Virus record (IMG/VR): IMGVR_UViG_3300035698_009402
Span: 51,659-115,658 of that record
Source of the DNA: a virus
Lineage: Duplodnaviria; Heunggongvirae; Uroviricota; Caudoviricetes
Length of the DNA stretch: 64,000 nucleotides
Direction: 5' to 3' (one strand)
The notes below the pieces were generated by a model. The model was given only the letters and a program-made list of their open reading frames with translations. It was not told where the DNA came from and ran no database searches. Below, in pieces: positions 27,226 through 35,896 of this stretch (the stretch's first letter is position 1; each line of letters begins with the position of its first letter). The position numbers were made by a program, and so were the translations under genes.

Positions 27226-27645
27226 ATGAAAGATAAAAAATTTTATAAAATATGCGCTTCTTTTTATATAAATATATTAATAGCTAAACTTAAGGAAGAA
27301 AATTTATCTCCATATGATAGTAAAAATCTTCCGGAAGATTTTTACGATCTTATGTGTATGGTATATTATGAGGCAGTAAACAAAGAAGCTGCTAAACTTA
27401 TACTAGAAGAAATGTGGAATACTAATAAAATTCCCGGGGTTATAGCCTATGAAAAAGATTTATATGTAGAGTTTATTGATACTTCTAATTTTATTACTGA
27501 ATTAATTAATAACAATCTTGATAAAATTGAGAAATATAATAACGGTAATGAAAAAATTCTAAAGTGGTTTCTAGGTCAAGTTATGCAAGAGTTTAGAGGT
27601 AAAATAAATCCCAAAGAAATAGAATTACAAACAAAAAACTACTAG
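27226..27645 (+). CDS. GatB/YqeY-domain protein
   Basis: C-terminal ILKWFLGQVMQEFRGKINPKEI resembles the YqeY/GatB C-terminal motif (gfLmGqvMk.tkGkAnp). Confidence 0.45.
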   Translation: MKDKKFYKICASFYINILIAKLKEENLSPYDSKNLPEDFYDLMCMVYYEAVNKEAAKLILEEMWNTNKIPGVIAYEKDLYVEFIDTSNFITELINNNLDKIEKYNNGNEKILKWFLGQVMQEFRGKINPKEIELQTKNY

Positions 27646-27657
27646 AAGGATAACAAA

Positions 27658-27837
27658 ATGATTAAGAGTTTGCAGTTAACATGTTTAGATGAAGGTAGTG
27701 ATACTTTTAGCATTTATAAAACCTATACGGATATTGTATTAGCAATAAGAATGGACGATAAGGTATCTGCAATTTTCTTAGATAGAGAAGATTTACCAAA
27801 ATTAATTGATTTTTTAGTAGAATTGCGTGATGAATAA
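27658..27837 (+). CDS. small hypothetical protein (59 aa)
   Basis: ATG 27658 preceded by an AGGA RBS. Confidence 0.3.
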   Translation: MIKSLQLTCLDEGSDTFSIYKTYTDIVLAIRMDDKVSAIFLDREDLPKLIDFLVELRDE

Positions 27838-28042
27838 TAAATACAAAGCATGTGAAATGGATCTAACTTCAACAGGATATTTTGCTTTTATTATTGAATA
27901 TTCTTACCAAAGAGGTTTAATACTGAAAAAATAAAAACATTTTTGAACATGCTTTGAAGTCTAAATTACTCAATTGTCATAATGATAAACAAAATTTCAT
28001 AATTATCATTCCTAATAAAGATACTGTAAACGTAGTCGTTAA

Positions 28043-28735
28043 ATGAATAAAGAACAATTAGAAAAAGATATCCTAGACGAACAACTATTAGAATACTTAC
28101 CAAATAAAAACGTAGTTTTTGCGGTTTTACACGGTAGCAGGGCTTACGGATTAAGTACTAAAGATAGTGATTATGATGTTAAATTCGTCTGGATTGAAGA
28201 TTATGAAACCTATACAGGAATATCAGAAGTAAAAAATACTGGATATAGCGAACAAAAGGATAATGTAGACGTAAGCGGTTGGGAATTGAAGCATTTTCTT
28301 AATTTAGTTAGAAAAAATAATATGACTACTATGGAAACTTTATTTTCTCCTATACTAAGTGTTGATATAGATAACTATTTAACCTTAATTTTAGAAGTTG
28401 CAGCAAACTTTAATAGAAAAAGTTTAGGTATTCAGTATCATAAAGCTAGTAAGAGTTATTACTACAAATACTTAGAAACAAGTAAACTTAAATATTTAAT
28501 TAACTCTTTTAGATGTTTTAATAACGCAGTATATATAAGAAAAAATTGTAAAATACCACCTATTACTGCTAAAGAATGTTATGATAATATCCTTCTTAAG
28601 GGGGTACATTATGATATAACTAACTTTAATACTTTATTAGATGATTTTAATTATGAGTGGTACTCTACAGATCATCAAATAGATACTAAAGTATTAAACG
28701 ATATATTTAGGGAAACAGCTCTTAGCAGTAAATAA
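28043..28735 (+). CDS. Pol-beta-superfamily nucleotidyltransferase-like protein
   Basis: VVFAVLHGSRAYGLSTKDSDYDVKFV = hG[GS]x9-13Dh[DE]h NTase signature. Confidence 0.5.
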   Translation: MNKEQLEKDILDEQLLEYLPNKNVVFAVLHGSRAYGLSTKDSDYDVKFVWIEDYETYTGISEVKNTGYSEQKDNVDVSGWELKHFLNLVRKNNMTTMETLFSPILSVDIDNYLTLILEVAANFNRKSLGIQYHKASKSYYYKYLETSKLKYLINSFRCFNNAVYIRKNCKIPPITAKECYDNILLKGVHYDITNFNTLLDDFNYEWYSTDHQIDTKVLNDIFRETALSSK

Positions 28736-28778
28736 GTATTGCTAAGAACTGTTTTTTCTTATAAAATTATAAATATGT

Positions 28779-28863
28779 TGGGAAGTGGCGGAACTGGTAG
28801 ACGCGCTAGACTGTTAATCTTGTGCCGTAAGGCTTGGGGGTTCGAGACCCTCCTTCTCAGCCA
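28779..28863 (+). tRNA. type-II (Leu-like body) tRNA with Asn-type anticodon loop CUGUUAA (GUU), anticodon assignment uncertain
   Basis: TGGGAAGTGGCGGAACTGGTAGACGCG closely resembles a bacterial tRNA-Leu 5' half; anticodon stem CTAGA/TCTTG (one mismatch), loop CTGTTAA; 12-nt variable hairpin GCC-GTAA-GGC; T-arm GGGGG-TTCGAGA-CCCTC; G + CCA. Confidence 0.5.
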
Positions 28864-28871
28864 AAAATTAT

Positions 28872-28958
28872 TCCTGGGTGGCAGAGCGGTAATGTTCCTC
28901 ACTGTTAATGAGTGGACTTCGTAAGAAGCGTAGGTTCGATCCCTACCCCTAGGAGCCA
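28872..28958 (+). tRNA. type-II tRNA, anticodon loop CUGUUAA (GUU) or alternative fold UAA (Leu); irregular acceptor/T junction
   Basis: Acceptor TCCTGGG/CCTAGGA + G + CCA with one extra nt after the T-stem; variable hairpin CTTC-GTAA-GAAG; T-arm GTAGG-TTCGATC-CCTAC. Confidence 0.4.
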
Positions 28959-28966
28959 AAATTTAT

Positions 28967-29041
28967 AGTAGAGAATCCGATTGGCGAGGAACGCGCCTGA
29001 TTAGCGTGTGGTAGAGGGTTCGATTCCCTCCTCTACGACCA
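28967..29041 (+). tRNA. tRNA, anticodon loop CUGAUUA -> GAU (Ile?), pyrimidine at 37
   Basis: Acceptor AGTAGAG/CTCTACG (A1-G72 mismatch) + A + CCA; anticodon stem CGCGC/GCGTG; T-arm GAGGG-TTCGATT-CCCTC. Confidence 0.5.
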
Positions 29042-29061
29042 AATATACTAAAGGAAAATAT

Positions 29062-29475
29062 ATGACTCGTATTAATATAGTTGATCCTATAGAATTAATG
29101 GATCAACATTTAGTAGCTGAATATAGAGAAATCTTGATGATAGGATCTTCATTACAACGGTCTTTAAGAGGTAAGAGTTGGAATAAGAATAAGATACCTG
29201 ACTCATTCAGATTAAATAAAGGTCATGTATTATTTTTCTACGATAAAGGTCTATATTTACAAAAACGGTATGAACAATTAAGAAATGAAATGATTAGGAG
29301 AGGAATGTCTCCTAATCCCGATAGAAAATTCAATGTAGAGTGTTTTCCTAATTTCATATATAGAAATGATTGGACTCCTTCCGACAAAGATAGAAACATT
29401 ATTAGAGAACGATTATCTTTTAGGATATCAGAAAAACCTAATTGGTATAGATATGAGGGTAAATTAGTTGAGTAG
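29062..29475 (+). CDS. denV: pyrimidine-dimer DNA glycosylase (T4 endonuclease V family)
   Basis: MTRINIVDPIELMDQHLVAEYREI closely matches T4 EndoV [24 protein letters not shown]; start trimmed to ATG 29062 to clear the tRNA at 28967-29041. Confidence 0.7.
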   Translation: MTRINIVDPIELMDQHLVAEYREILMIGSSLQRSLRGKSWNKNKIPDSFRLNKGHVLFFYDKGLYLQKRYEQLRNEMIRRGMSPNPDRKFNVECFPNFIYRNDWTPSDKDRNIIRERLSFRISEKPNWYRYEGKLVE

Positions 29476-29540
29476 CTCAATGATAGAGCAGGGTCCTGAT
29501 AAGACCAAGACTTAAGGTTCGATTCCTTTTTTAGCTACCA
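29466..29540 (+). tRNA. tRNA-Ile (anticodon GAU)
   Basis: TAGCTCAATGATAGAGC D-arm; anticodon arm GGGTC-CTGATAA-GACCA; T-loop TTCGATT; A + CCA; 5' end abuts the denV stop. Confidence 0.6.
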
Positions 29541-29563
29541 ATTTAAACGTAGTTTAATATACT

Positions 29564-29719
29564 ATGTGTTTATACTGTAAATCTAAAGAAAAATATAAAA
29601 GAAGTAAAAGAAGTAAATTAGTGCATTATGAATTTGTTTGTAATGATTGCTTTGATGCTGAAAATAAAATGTTACAGCTAACATATCAAAAATATAAAGA
29701 ATATTTAAACGGAGTTTAA
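29564..29719 (+). CDS. small zinc-ribbon-like hypothetical protein (51 aa)
   Basis: CLYC...CNDC paired Cys motifs. Confidence 0.35.
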   Translation: MCLYCKSKEKYKRSKRSKLVHYEFVCNDCFDAENKMLQLTYQKYKEYLNGV

Positions 29720-29862
29720 TAACGTGGAATATAATATAGACAAAGGTATAATTATAGAACAGTTAACTCAGGTTATAGAGTCTATGAGTGGTAAAGATTT
29801 AATAAAACTATATAACGAGCATTTTGATACAAATCATTATGCAGATGAATACGGATATATTT

Positions 29863-30336
29863 ATGAAAAACGATAATATTATATTTTTAGACATGGATGG
29901 AGTTTTAGCTAGTGCTAGAATCTTTCATGCAGCTAATGATTCGGGTATGTGGAGCAGTATTGATATTCATGCTGCTAAATTTTTGGACCGAATTTGTTAT
30001 AAGTGGCCAGCTAAAATTGTTATTAGTAGTACTTGGAGATATTTAACAGATCAAAAAAACTGGCCTTATATTTTTCAAGGAACTGATTTGTATAGTCATT
30101 TTCATAATCAGTGGAAAACTCCTAGAACTGACAAAGGATTTAGAGGCGATGATATTAATAAATGGATGGATTCAGTAAATTTCAAAGGAAACTATCTAAT
30201 TTTTGACGACAGTAGCGATTTTTACGACGATCAAAAGAAAAATATGATTCACACTGATGTAGATGATGGTATGCTTACTAAACATTATAGACAGACAATT
30301 GACTTATTATATGGAAGATATGGTGTTAAATTATGA
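29863..30336 (+). CDS. HAD-superfamily hydrolase-like protein
   Basis: Motif I IIFLDMDGVLAS (DxDG[VT]L) near the N-terminus. Confidence 0.4.
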   Translation: MKNDNIIFLDMDGVLASARIFHAANDSGMWSSIDIHAAKFLDRICYKWPAKIVISSTWRYLTDQKNWPYIFQGTDLYSHFHNQWKTPRTDKGFRGDDINKWMDSVNFKGNYLIFDDSSDFYDDQKKNMIHTDVDDGMLTKHYRQTIDLLYGRYGVKL

Positions 30337-30746
30337 GACGAGTAACTTTAAAAGAAAAAATAATGAACGCTACGATTGAAGAATGTAATTTATCTATAGA
30401 TGAAGGGTTTTTAACTTTATGGTTGACTCTAAAATTAGAAGATGGTTTTTCAAAAGCTTTTGGCGGATATAATTTAGGAAAAACATGTTCTTTCTTCACA
30501 GACGAAGTAAAACTTTTTAATAAACAAGATTTTTTATCAGATAATAAAGATAATTGTAATTTGGCTAATTGGTTTATTAACAGTTGTATGTATACTGTAG
30601 GAGTACATAATTTAAAAGATTTTAAAGGTAAAAATATTAGAATCAAGGTAGAAAATCCAGGATTTGGACGAACTATTGTAAGAATTGGTCATATTATCGA
30701 AGATAAATGGTTTTTCCCTAAAGAAGATAGAGAGTTATTACAATGA
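30333..30746 (+). CDS. hypothetical protein
   Basis: 137 aa ORF; ATGA overlap. Confidence 0.4.
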   Translation: MRRVTLKEKIMNATIEECNLSIDEGFLTLWLTLKLEDGFSKAFGGYNLGKTCSFFTDEVKLFNKQDFLSDNKDNCNLANWFINSCMYTVGVHNLKDFKGKNIRIKVENPGFGRTIVRIGHIIEDKWFFPKEDRELLQ

Positions 30747-30913
30747 TTTTAGTAATTCCAGATAATTTTGAATGTGATACAGAATTATTAATTAAATGTG
30801 ATGTAATTATAGAAATTACGAATAATAAATATATTATTACAAAAAACAGAAACGGCCTTTCAGGTGATTCTTTTGAATCATTGGAAAAGGTACTTGAATG
30901 TATAGGAAAATAA
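30743..30913 (+). CDS. small hypothetical protein (56 aa)
   Basis: ATG overlapping the upstream stop; fills the gap before rtcB. Confidence 0.3.
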   Translation: MILVIPDNFECDTELLIKCDVIIEITNNKYIITKNRNGLSGDSFESLEKVLECIGK

Positions 30914-30914
30914 A

Positions 30915-32135
30915 ATGTTACTTAGAGGAAAACACGCAGAAATTAAAACTTGGACAGAAGGTGTTCATTTGGACGGTAATACAGTAGGTCAGCTAATTAA
31001 GACCGCTAGTTTGCCTATAATTTATAAACATATTGCTGTGATGCCTGATGCTCATTTAGGTATTGGTAGTACTGTGGGTAGTGTTATTCCGACAATTAAA
31101 GCGATTATTCCTGCTGCTGTCGGGGTGGATATTGGTTGTGGCATGGTAGCTGTAAAAACTACTTTACATGCTGATGATTTACCTGATAGTTTAAAAGAAT
31201 TAAGAATGGAAATAGAAGCTAATATTCCTCATGGAGGTCCTGGCAAGAAGGGAAGTTGGGGAGATACTAGATATTCTAGTTGGGAACATCGTCCTACTAA
31301 TATTAGTGTTAAATCTAATAAATTTGCTAAGACTTTCTTAAATATTAGAAAGCATAATCAAATTGCTGAAGCAGATAAAAATAATGCTAGTACTCAATTA
31401 GGTACTTTAGGGAGTGGTAATCACTTCGTAGAAGTGTGTTTAGATGAAAAATCTAATGTATGGGTTATGCTACATAGCGGATCTAGGGGCATTGGTAATA
31501 GAATTGGAAGATACTTTATTCAGAAAGCTATTAGAGAATGTGAAAACTTAGATATTAAATTAGTTGATAGTAACTTAGCTTATTTAATAGAAGGTGGGAA
31601 GCATTTTGACGATTACATTGAAGGAGTTAATTGGGCACAGAACTATGCTGCTTTCAACAGAGAGATAATGATGGAGCAGGCTTTGTTATCTTTGAAAAAT
31701 ATCATAAAAGTACCTTTTACTTATGATGTTAAAGGAATTAATTGTCATCATAACTATGTAACTAAAGAGCGTCATTTTGGAGAAGATGTATATGTAACTA
31801 GAAAGGGAGCTGTTAACGCAGAATTCGGTAAGTTAGGTATTATTCCAGGAAGTATGGGTACTAAAAGTTATATTGTTAGAGGAAAAGGCAACGCTGATTC
31901 TTTTAATAGTTGCTCTCATGGGGCTGGTAGGGTATACTCTAGAAGTCATGCAAAGAAAAATTTCACTTTGGAAGATCATTTAAAAGCTACTGAAGGAGTA
32001 GAATGTCGTAAAGATATTGGAGTAATTGATGAAACTCCTGCTGCTTATAAGAATATAGATGAAGTAATGGCTGCGCAGACAGATTTAGTAGATATCGTAC
32101 ATACTTTAAAACAAGTTGTATGTGTGAAAGGATAA
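30915..32135 (+). CDS. rtcB: RtcB RNA 3'-phosphate/2',3'-cyclic phosphate ligase
   Basis: 406 aa; HSGSRGIGNRIG, CHHNYV, SCSHGAGR motifs typical of RtcB. Confidence 0.75.
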   Translation: MLLRGKHAEIKTWTEGVHLDGNTVGQLIKTASLPIIYKHIAVMPDAHLGIGSTVGSVIPTIKAIIPAAVGVDIGCGMVAVKTTLHADDLPDSLKELRMEIEANIPHGGPGKKGSWGDTRYSSWEHRPTNISVKSNKFAKTFLNIRKHNQIAEADKNNASTQLGTLGSGNHFVEVCLDEKSNVWVMLHSGSRGIGNRIGRYFIQKAIRECENLDIKLVDSNLAYLIEGGKHFDDYIEGVNWAQNYAAFNREIMMEQALLSLKNIIKVPFTYDVKGINCHHNYVTKERHFGEDVYVTRKGAVNAEFGKLGIIPGSMGTKSYIVRGKGNADSFNSCSHGAGRVYSRSHAKKNFTLEDHLKATEGVECRKDIGVIDETPAAYKNIDEVMAAQTDLVDIVHTLKQVVCVKG

Positions 32136-32136
32136 T

Positions 32137-32799
32137 ATGTTTAAATATAATTTACATCAGGAAGTAGAAACCAACGATAAAGGTCGAGATTTTATCGTTG
32201 GTGATCTTCATGGTTGTTATGATGCACTAATAACTCAAATGAAATTTGTTAATTTTAACCAGCAAATAGATAGACTTTTTTCAGTTGGAGACCTAGTAGA
32301 TAGAGGTACTCAAAATATAGAGTGTTTATCTTTATTAAATAAACCTTGGTTTTACGCAGTTATGGGTAACCATGATGAGTTTTTTTGGCAAGGCGTATTA
32401 GAGGATTATAGAATAAATCTTTGGGTGGCTAACGGAGGGGGTTGGGCGGCAGATATAGATATGTGTACGCTATCAGGGTATGCAGAAAAAGTAAAAAATC
32501 TCCCCTTAGCTATTACTATTGATAATAAAATTGGTATATGTCATGCTGAACCCGGTATTGCTTATAAACATAATAATAGTTGGAAACAGTATGTTATGGA
32601 CCCTACTACTCAACAAAATAAGATGTGGGGTAGATATGCAGTTACAAATAGTGTAAAAGCTGAATATACAGATATTATTCGTAGTTACCACGGACATACC
32701 CCTTTAAAAATAGTAAAAGATTTAGGACAAGCAAGATTTATTGATACAGGAGCTTGTTTTGGGTATCACCTAACCTTAGAGGAAATTGATTATACATGA
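32137..32799 (+). CDS. PPP-family serine/threonine phosphatase (lambda-phosphatase/ApaH-like)
   Basis: GDLHGCYD, GDLVDRG, GNHDE metallophosphatase signature. Confidence 0.65.
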   Translation: MFKYNLHQEVETNDKGRDFIVGDLHGCYDALITQMKFVNFNQQIDRLFSVGDLVDRGTQNIECLSLLNKPWFYAVMGNHDEFFWQGVLEDYRINLWVANGGGWAADIDMCTLSGYAEKVKNLPLAITIDNKIGICHAEPGIAYKHNNSWKQYVMDPTTQQNKMWGRYAVTNSVKAEYTDIIRSYHGHTPLKIVKDLGQARFIDTGACFGYHLTLEEIDYT

Positions 32800-33020
32800 G
32801 AGCATACAGCACAATTCATAGGAACTATGATGCGGATATTCAGCCAGCTGGTAATAGAGTATATTACAAAAGCGAGGCTGCATATACTGCTATTGAAGGT
32901 AGAAATAACTTTATAGTATGTGTTATTGAATTAGAAGAAGGACAAACGGAATTAAATTTTAAAAGAACCTTTGTATCTCTTAGAGTAGATGTTCCTATTA
33001 TTAGAAAGATGAGTGGATAA
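32796..33020 (+). CDS. hypothetical protein
   Basis: 74 aa; ATGA overlap. Confidence 0.35.
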   Translation: MRAYSTIHRNYDADIQPAGNRVYYKSEAAYTAIEGRNNFIVCVIELEEGQTELNFKRTFVSLRVDVPIIRKMSG

Positions 33021-33199
33021 TGATTTTCAATGAATGGCAAAATAAAGGTGTTTTAACGGTGTATGAATTACGAAAGATATTAAATCAATTACCAGAGAAC
33101 ATGCAAATTAGGATTTCTGACGATACAGAAAATAATGACATGGATGTACAAATAGTTGAAGTTTTAGAAGATTGTTTATATTTGGCAGGACAATCCTAA
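33020..33199 (+). CDS. small hypothetical protein (59 aa)
   Basis: ATG overlapping the upstream stop; ends just before the tmRNA promoter. Confidence 0.3.
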   Translation: MIFNEWQNKGVLTVYELRKILNQLPENMQIRISDDTENNDMDVQIVEVLEDCLYLAGQS

Positions 33200-33216
33200 A
33201 AATTAAAAATTTACAT

Positions 33217-33245
33217 TTGCTTTAAGCAGTAAATTTTAATATAAT
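33217..33245 (+). promoter_or_regulatory. promoter TTGCTT-N17-TATAAT driving the tmRNA
   Basis: Exact consensus; predicted TSS ~33252 at the start of the GC-rich tmRNA region. Confidence 0.55.
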
Positions 33246-33251
33246 AATGAA

Positions 33252-33665
33252 AGTGACGTTGAGGAAATATTTGTTGAAACAAATTGAACGATAGACAACA
33301 CCTCGGGGCAGTACCGAGCGCCTCCACCACGAACACACATTCGGGTCGTAATATCGGATAGATATACTTCGAGTGTTGCTCTGATAGGTCGCAGAATGTG
33401 TGTTTTTGATGGGGGCGAAATAGAATCGACTGATATTTATTAGGTAAGTTGAGAATATTTTTTAGTCACTACGATAAACGCAAATGATAATACTTCATAT
33501 GCAATGGCTGCGTAAGTAGTCAAGCGGGGTCAGTAGCCGTACCTAGCACCAGAAATCGGCTACATTTATAATAACTCATATGGCCAGTATTTAGCAATGC
33601 GCTATCGAAGGGGCCACTCTGTCTGACAGCAGGGAAGAAATATTTGTCAAAATATTTAGATATTG
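33252..33665 (+). ncRNA. ssrA: two-piece (circularly permuted) tmRNA precursor: acceptor piece ending CCA at 33329, intervening segment 33330-33410, coding piece from 33411 with tag ORF 33480-33515 (A)NDNTSYAMAA*
   Basis: Consensus promoter 33217-33245; T-arm CTCGG-GGCAGTA-CCGAG + CGCCTCC + A + CCA at 33302-33329; downstream GGGGGCGAAATAGAATCGAC (tmRNA 5' acceptor motif, complementary to CGCCTCC); GCA AAT GAT AAT ACT TCA TAT GCA ATG GCT GCG TAA tag frame; intervening ACACACATTC/GAATGTGTGT helix; GC-rich, ORF-free; 3' boundary approximate. Confidence 0.6.
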
Positions 33666-33832
33666 TGTTATTTTAAATTCAAATTTTCAGTTTGTTTCCG
33701 CTTATGCCCTTTTCTCTTAAGGCATTATACTTACTTATCTCAGCAAGAGTAGCTACTTAGTGGAGATATAGATTTAGTATTAAAGAGATAAAAACTCTAA
33801 GCAAGTTTTTAGGCAAATTGAAATACTTATAT

Positions 33833-33910
33833 GCTGTGGTCGTCTAAATGGAGTAGGATACTTGGTTTTCACCCAGGTTAATGCGAGTTCGAGTCTCGTT
33901 CGCAGCCCCA
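33833..33910 (+). tRNA. tRNA-Glu (anticodon UUC)
   Basis: Acceptor GCTGTGG/TCGCAGC + C + CCA; anticodon arm CTTGG-TTTTCAC-CCAGG; T-arm GCGAG-TTCGAGT-CTCGT. Confidence 0.65.
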
Positions 33911-34016
33911 ATTTATGTTACGCTCAAACAAGTAATTTATTGAAAAAGCTAGAAGTAAATAAATGAAAGTGTGGTCAGAGATCCTAATATACGATAAGGA
34001 TAGAAAATAATAAACT

Positions 34017-34098
34017 GAAAACTAGCCAGTAGGTTAAGTATTAGTATATTCTTAAAGAATATTAAGAAGTGGAAGTTCGAATCTTCTTCCGTAACACC
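34017..34098 (+). tRNA. tRNA-like fragment or pseudo-tRNA (T-arm + UAA-type anticodon hairpin, no pairing acceptor stem)
   Basis: GGAAG-TTCGAAT-CTTCT T-arm followed by ...ACACCA; hairpin ATATT-CTTAAAG-AATAT; no complementary 5' acceptor strand found. Confidence 0.2.
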
Positions 34099-34126
34099 AA
34101 TTTATGTTATACTGTGATAACTCGTT

Positions 34127-34390
34127 ATGTCCGATGAAGTGCACTTCTATACGCTAAAGGATGAACTCAGTATAACAATAATGACAAAAAGAGCAGAAAG
34201 ACGTAATCATAAACGTAGGATTTGGAAAAAATTATACACAAAAGCTAAATTAGTGTATAACGACAGAGAAGAGTGGGCCATTCACTATACAAATAAAGGA
34301 TTAAGAACTCCTTGTAGTTGTCATATGTGCGGAAATCCTCGTAAGTATTATAAACAAAAAACTATACAGGAACAAATAAATGGCTTATAG
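34127..34390 (+). CDS. hypothetical basic Cys-containing protein
   Basis: 87 aa; CSCHMCGNPRK zinc-binding-like motif. Confidence 0.4.
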   Translation: MSDEVHFYTLKDELSITIMTKRAERRNHKRRIWKKLYTKAKLVYNDREEWAIHYTNKGLRTPCSCHMCGNPRKYYKQKTIQEQINGL

Positions 34391-34556
34391 AAAAATTGTG
34401 GTAAATGATATTACTTATGAATATGTCATAGGTAAACAATATACCAAAATAAAAGATTTTGATATTATTCGTAATGAAGATATAGGTACTCAAATAAGGT
34501 ATTCTGACAAATATTTAATCGGCCCTAGACATGTTGCTTTTTACATAAAAAATTAG
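34380..34556 (+). CDS. small hypothetical protein (58 aa)
   Basis: ATG overlapping the upstream stop region. Confidence 0.3.
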   Translation: MAYRKIVVNDITYEYVIGKQYTKIKDFDIIRNEDIGTQIRYSDKYLIGPRHVAFYIKN

Positions 34557-34711
34557 AAGAACATAATGTAACTTGTAAGTGTGGCTATTCAGGATGTAAT
34601 CAAAAAAATGTTATGCTCTTAGCAGACCCTTTTCAAATAGAAATACATAATAAAAAAGAGTATTATTATTTTTGTGAAAATTGTTACAAAGAACGTTCTT
34701 ACGAAATATAA

Positions 34712-34788
34712 CTGGGTATAGCTCAATCTGGCAGAGTGCCGCACTAGGACTGCGGAAGTTGTAGGTTCGAATCCTACTACTCAGACCA
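34712..34788 (+). tRNA. tRNA-Pro-like (C1-G72, A73) with anticodon AGG (A34, unusual for bacteria/phage)
   Basis: Acceptor CTGGGTA/TACTCAG + A + CCA; D-arm GCTC/GAGT; clean anticodon arm CCGCA-CTAGGAC-TGCGG; T-arm GTAGG-TTCGAAT-CCTAC. Confidence 0.55.
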
Positions 34789-34800
34789 ATTAGAAAGTAG

Positions 34801-35277
34801 ATGATGAATATAATTACCGCACCTGAATCCATTTATAATACCCTCGGTCCTAAGCTATTCTTAGCAGGTAGCATCGAAATGGATAAAGCAGAGAAATGGC
34901 AAAAGAAAGTAATCGAACATATCTCTACTTATACAGGTACTGTATATAATCCTAGACGTGAAAAATGGGATAGTACTTGGGAGCAGAAATTAGGCGATAA
35001 TGAATTTACTAAACAGGTAAATTGGGAATTAGATGCTCTTGCAAATAGTGACGTAATTTTTATTTATTTTGACCCTAACACTATCAGCCCTATTACTTTG
35101 ATGGAATTTGGTATTCATATTGAATATAAATATACAATAGTATGTTGTCCAGATGGATATTTTAGAAAAGGTAATGTAGAAGTAGTTTGTAACAGATTTG
35201 GATTACCTGTATACAATACTTTGGAAGATGCTCTAACGAAGTTAGATGCAGTATTAGAACAGTGGCAACGAGACTGA
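34801..35277 (+). CDS. nucleoside 2-deoxyribosyltransferase-like protein
   Basis: PF05014-like pattern: LAGSIEMD ... DPNTISPITLMEFGIHI (conserved Glu in the xxExGxx motif). Confidence 0.45.
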   Translation: MMNIITAPESIYNTLGPKLFLAGSIEMDKAEKWQKKVIEHISTYTGTVYNPRREKWDSTWEQKLGDNEFTKQVNWELDALANSDVIFIYFDPNTISPITLMEFGIHIEYKYTIVCCPDGYFRKGNVEVVCNRFGLPVYNTLEDALTKLDAVLEQWQRD

Positions 35278-35335
35278 GACATCACGGGAGGCTTGGACCC
35301 CTCGGAGCTGGGTTTGATTCCCAGGTCACTGACCA
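35260..35335 (+). tRNA. tRNA-Pro (anticodon UGG)
   Basis: Acceptor CAGTGGC/GTCACTG (C1-G72) + A + CCA; anticodon loop CTTGGAC; T-arm CTGGG-TTTGATT-CCCAG; 5' end overlaps the stop of the preceding CDS. Confidence 0.65.
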
Positions 35336-35431
35336 ATTGGAAACGCTCCTCCTTCCTAGAAGTAGAGTATGCTTGGTTCTTAGCCCACCAAGTAAGAGCG
35401 TTTCCAGTAATATTTTATAATAAGGAAAAAT

Positions 35432-35896
35432 ATGATAAAATTGATACTTATAGTAATAATTTTTTTCATTAGTACAACTGCTTTAGCTAAGGTATATGAT
35501 TGTAATTTAGCGAAAACAGATCAAAAATGTTTAGCATGTAATATATATCACGAGGCTAGGGGAGAATCTGTACACGGTAAATTAGCTGTAGCCTTAGTAA
35601 CTAGAAATAGAGTTATTAGCGATAAGTACCCAGAAAACTATTGTAAGGTAGTATATCAAAAAAAGCAATTTAGTTGGACACATGATGGAGCATCAGACAA
35701 AACTTACGAAAAAGATGTTTGGCTAAATGCACAAAATATTGCTAAAATAGTTTTACAAGATCAAGAAATGGAATTAATAGGATTACCAGAAAATACTCTA
35801 TGGTATCATACAGATACCGTAAACCCTTATTGGGCTAATAAGTTTAAAAGAGTATTACAAATAGGAAGGCATATTTTTTATGTTGACAATAGATGA
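35432..35896 (+). CDS. SleB-like cell-wall hydrolase (Hydrolase_2 family)
   Basis: Signal peptide; CLACNIYHEARGESVHGKLAVALVTRNRV and YCKVVYQKKQFSW match the SleB domain. Confidence 0.6.
   Translation: MIKLILIVIIFFISTTALAKVYDCNLAKTDQKCLACNIYHEARGESVHGKLAVALVTRNRVISDKYPENYCKVVYQKKQFSWTHDGASDKTYEKDVWLNAQNIAKIVLQDQEMELIGLPENTLWYHTDTVNPYWANKFKRVLQIGRHIFYVDNR

Noticed and set aside
29473-29475. Possible TAG readthrough at the denV stop running into tRNA-Ile.
   Set aside because: The TAG is followed within 8 codons by TGA. The downstream sequence is the tRNA 5' half. This is ordinary termination.
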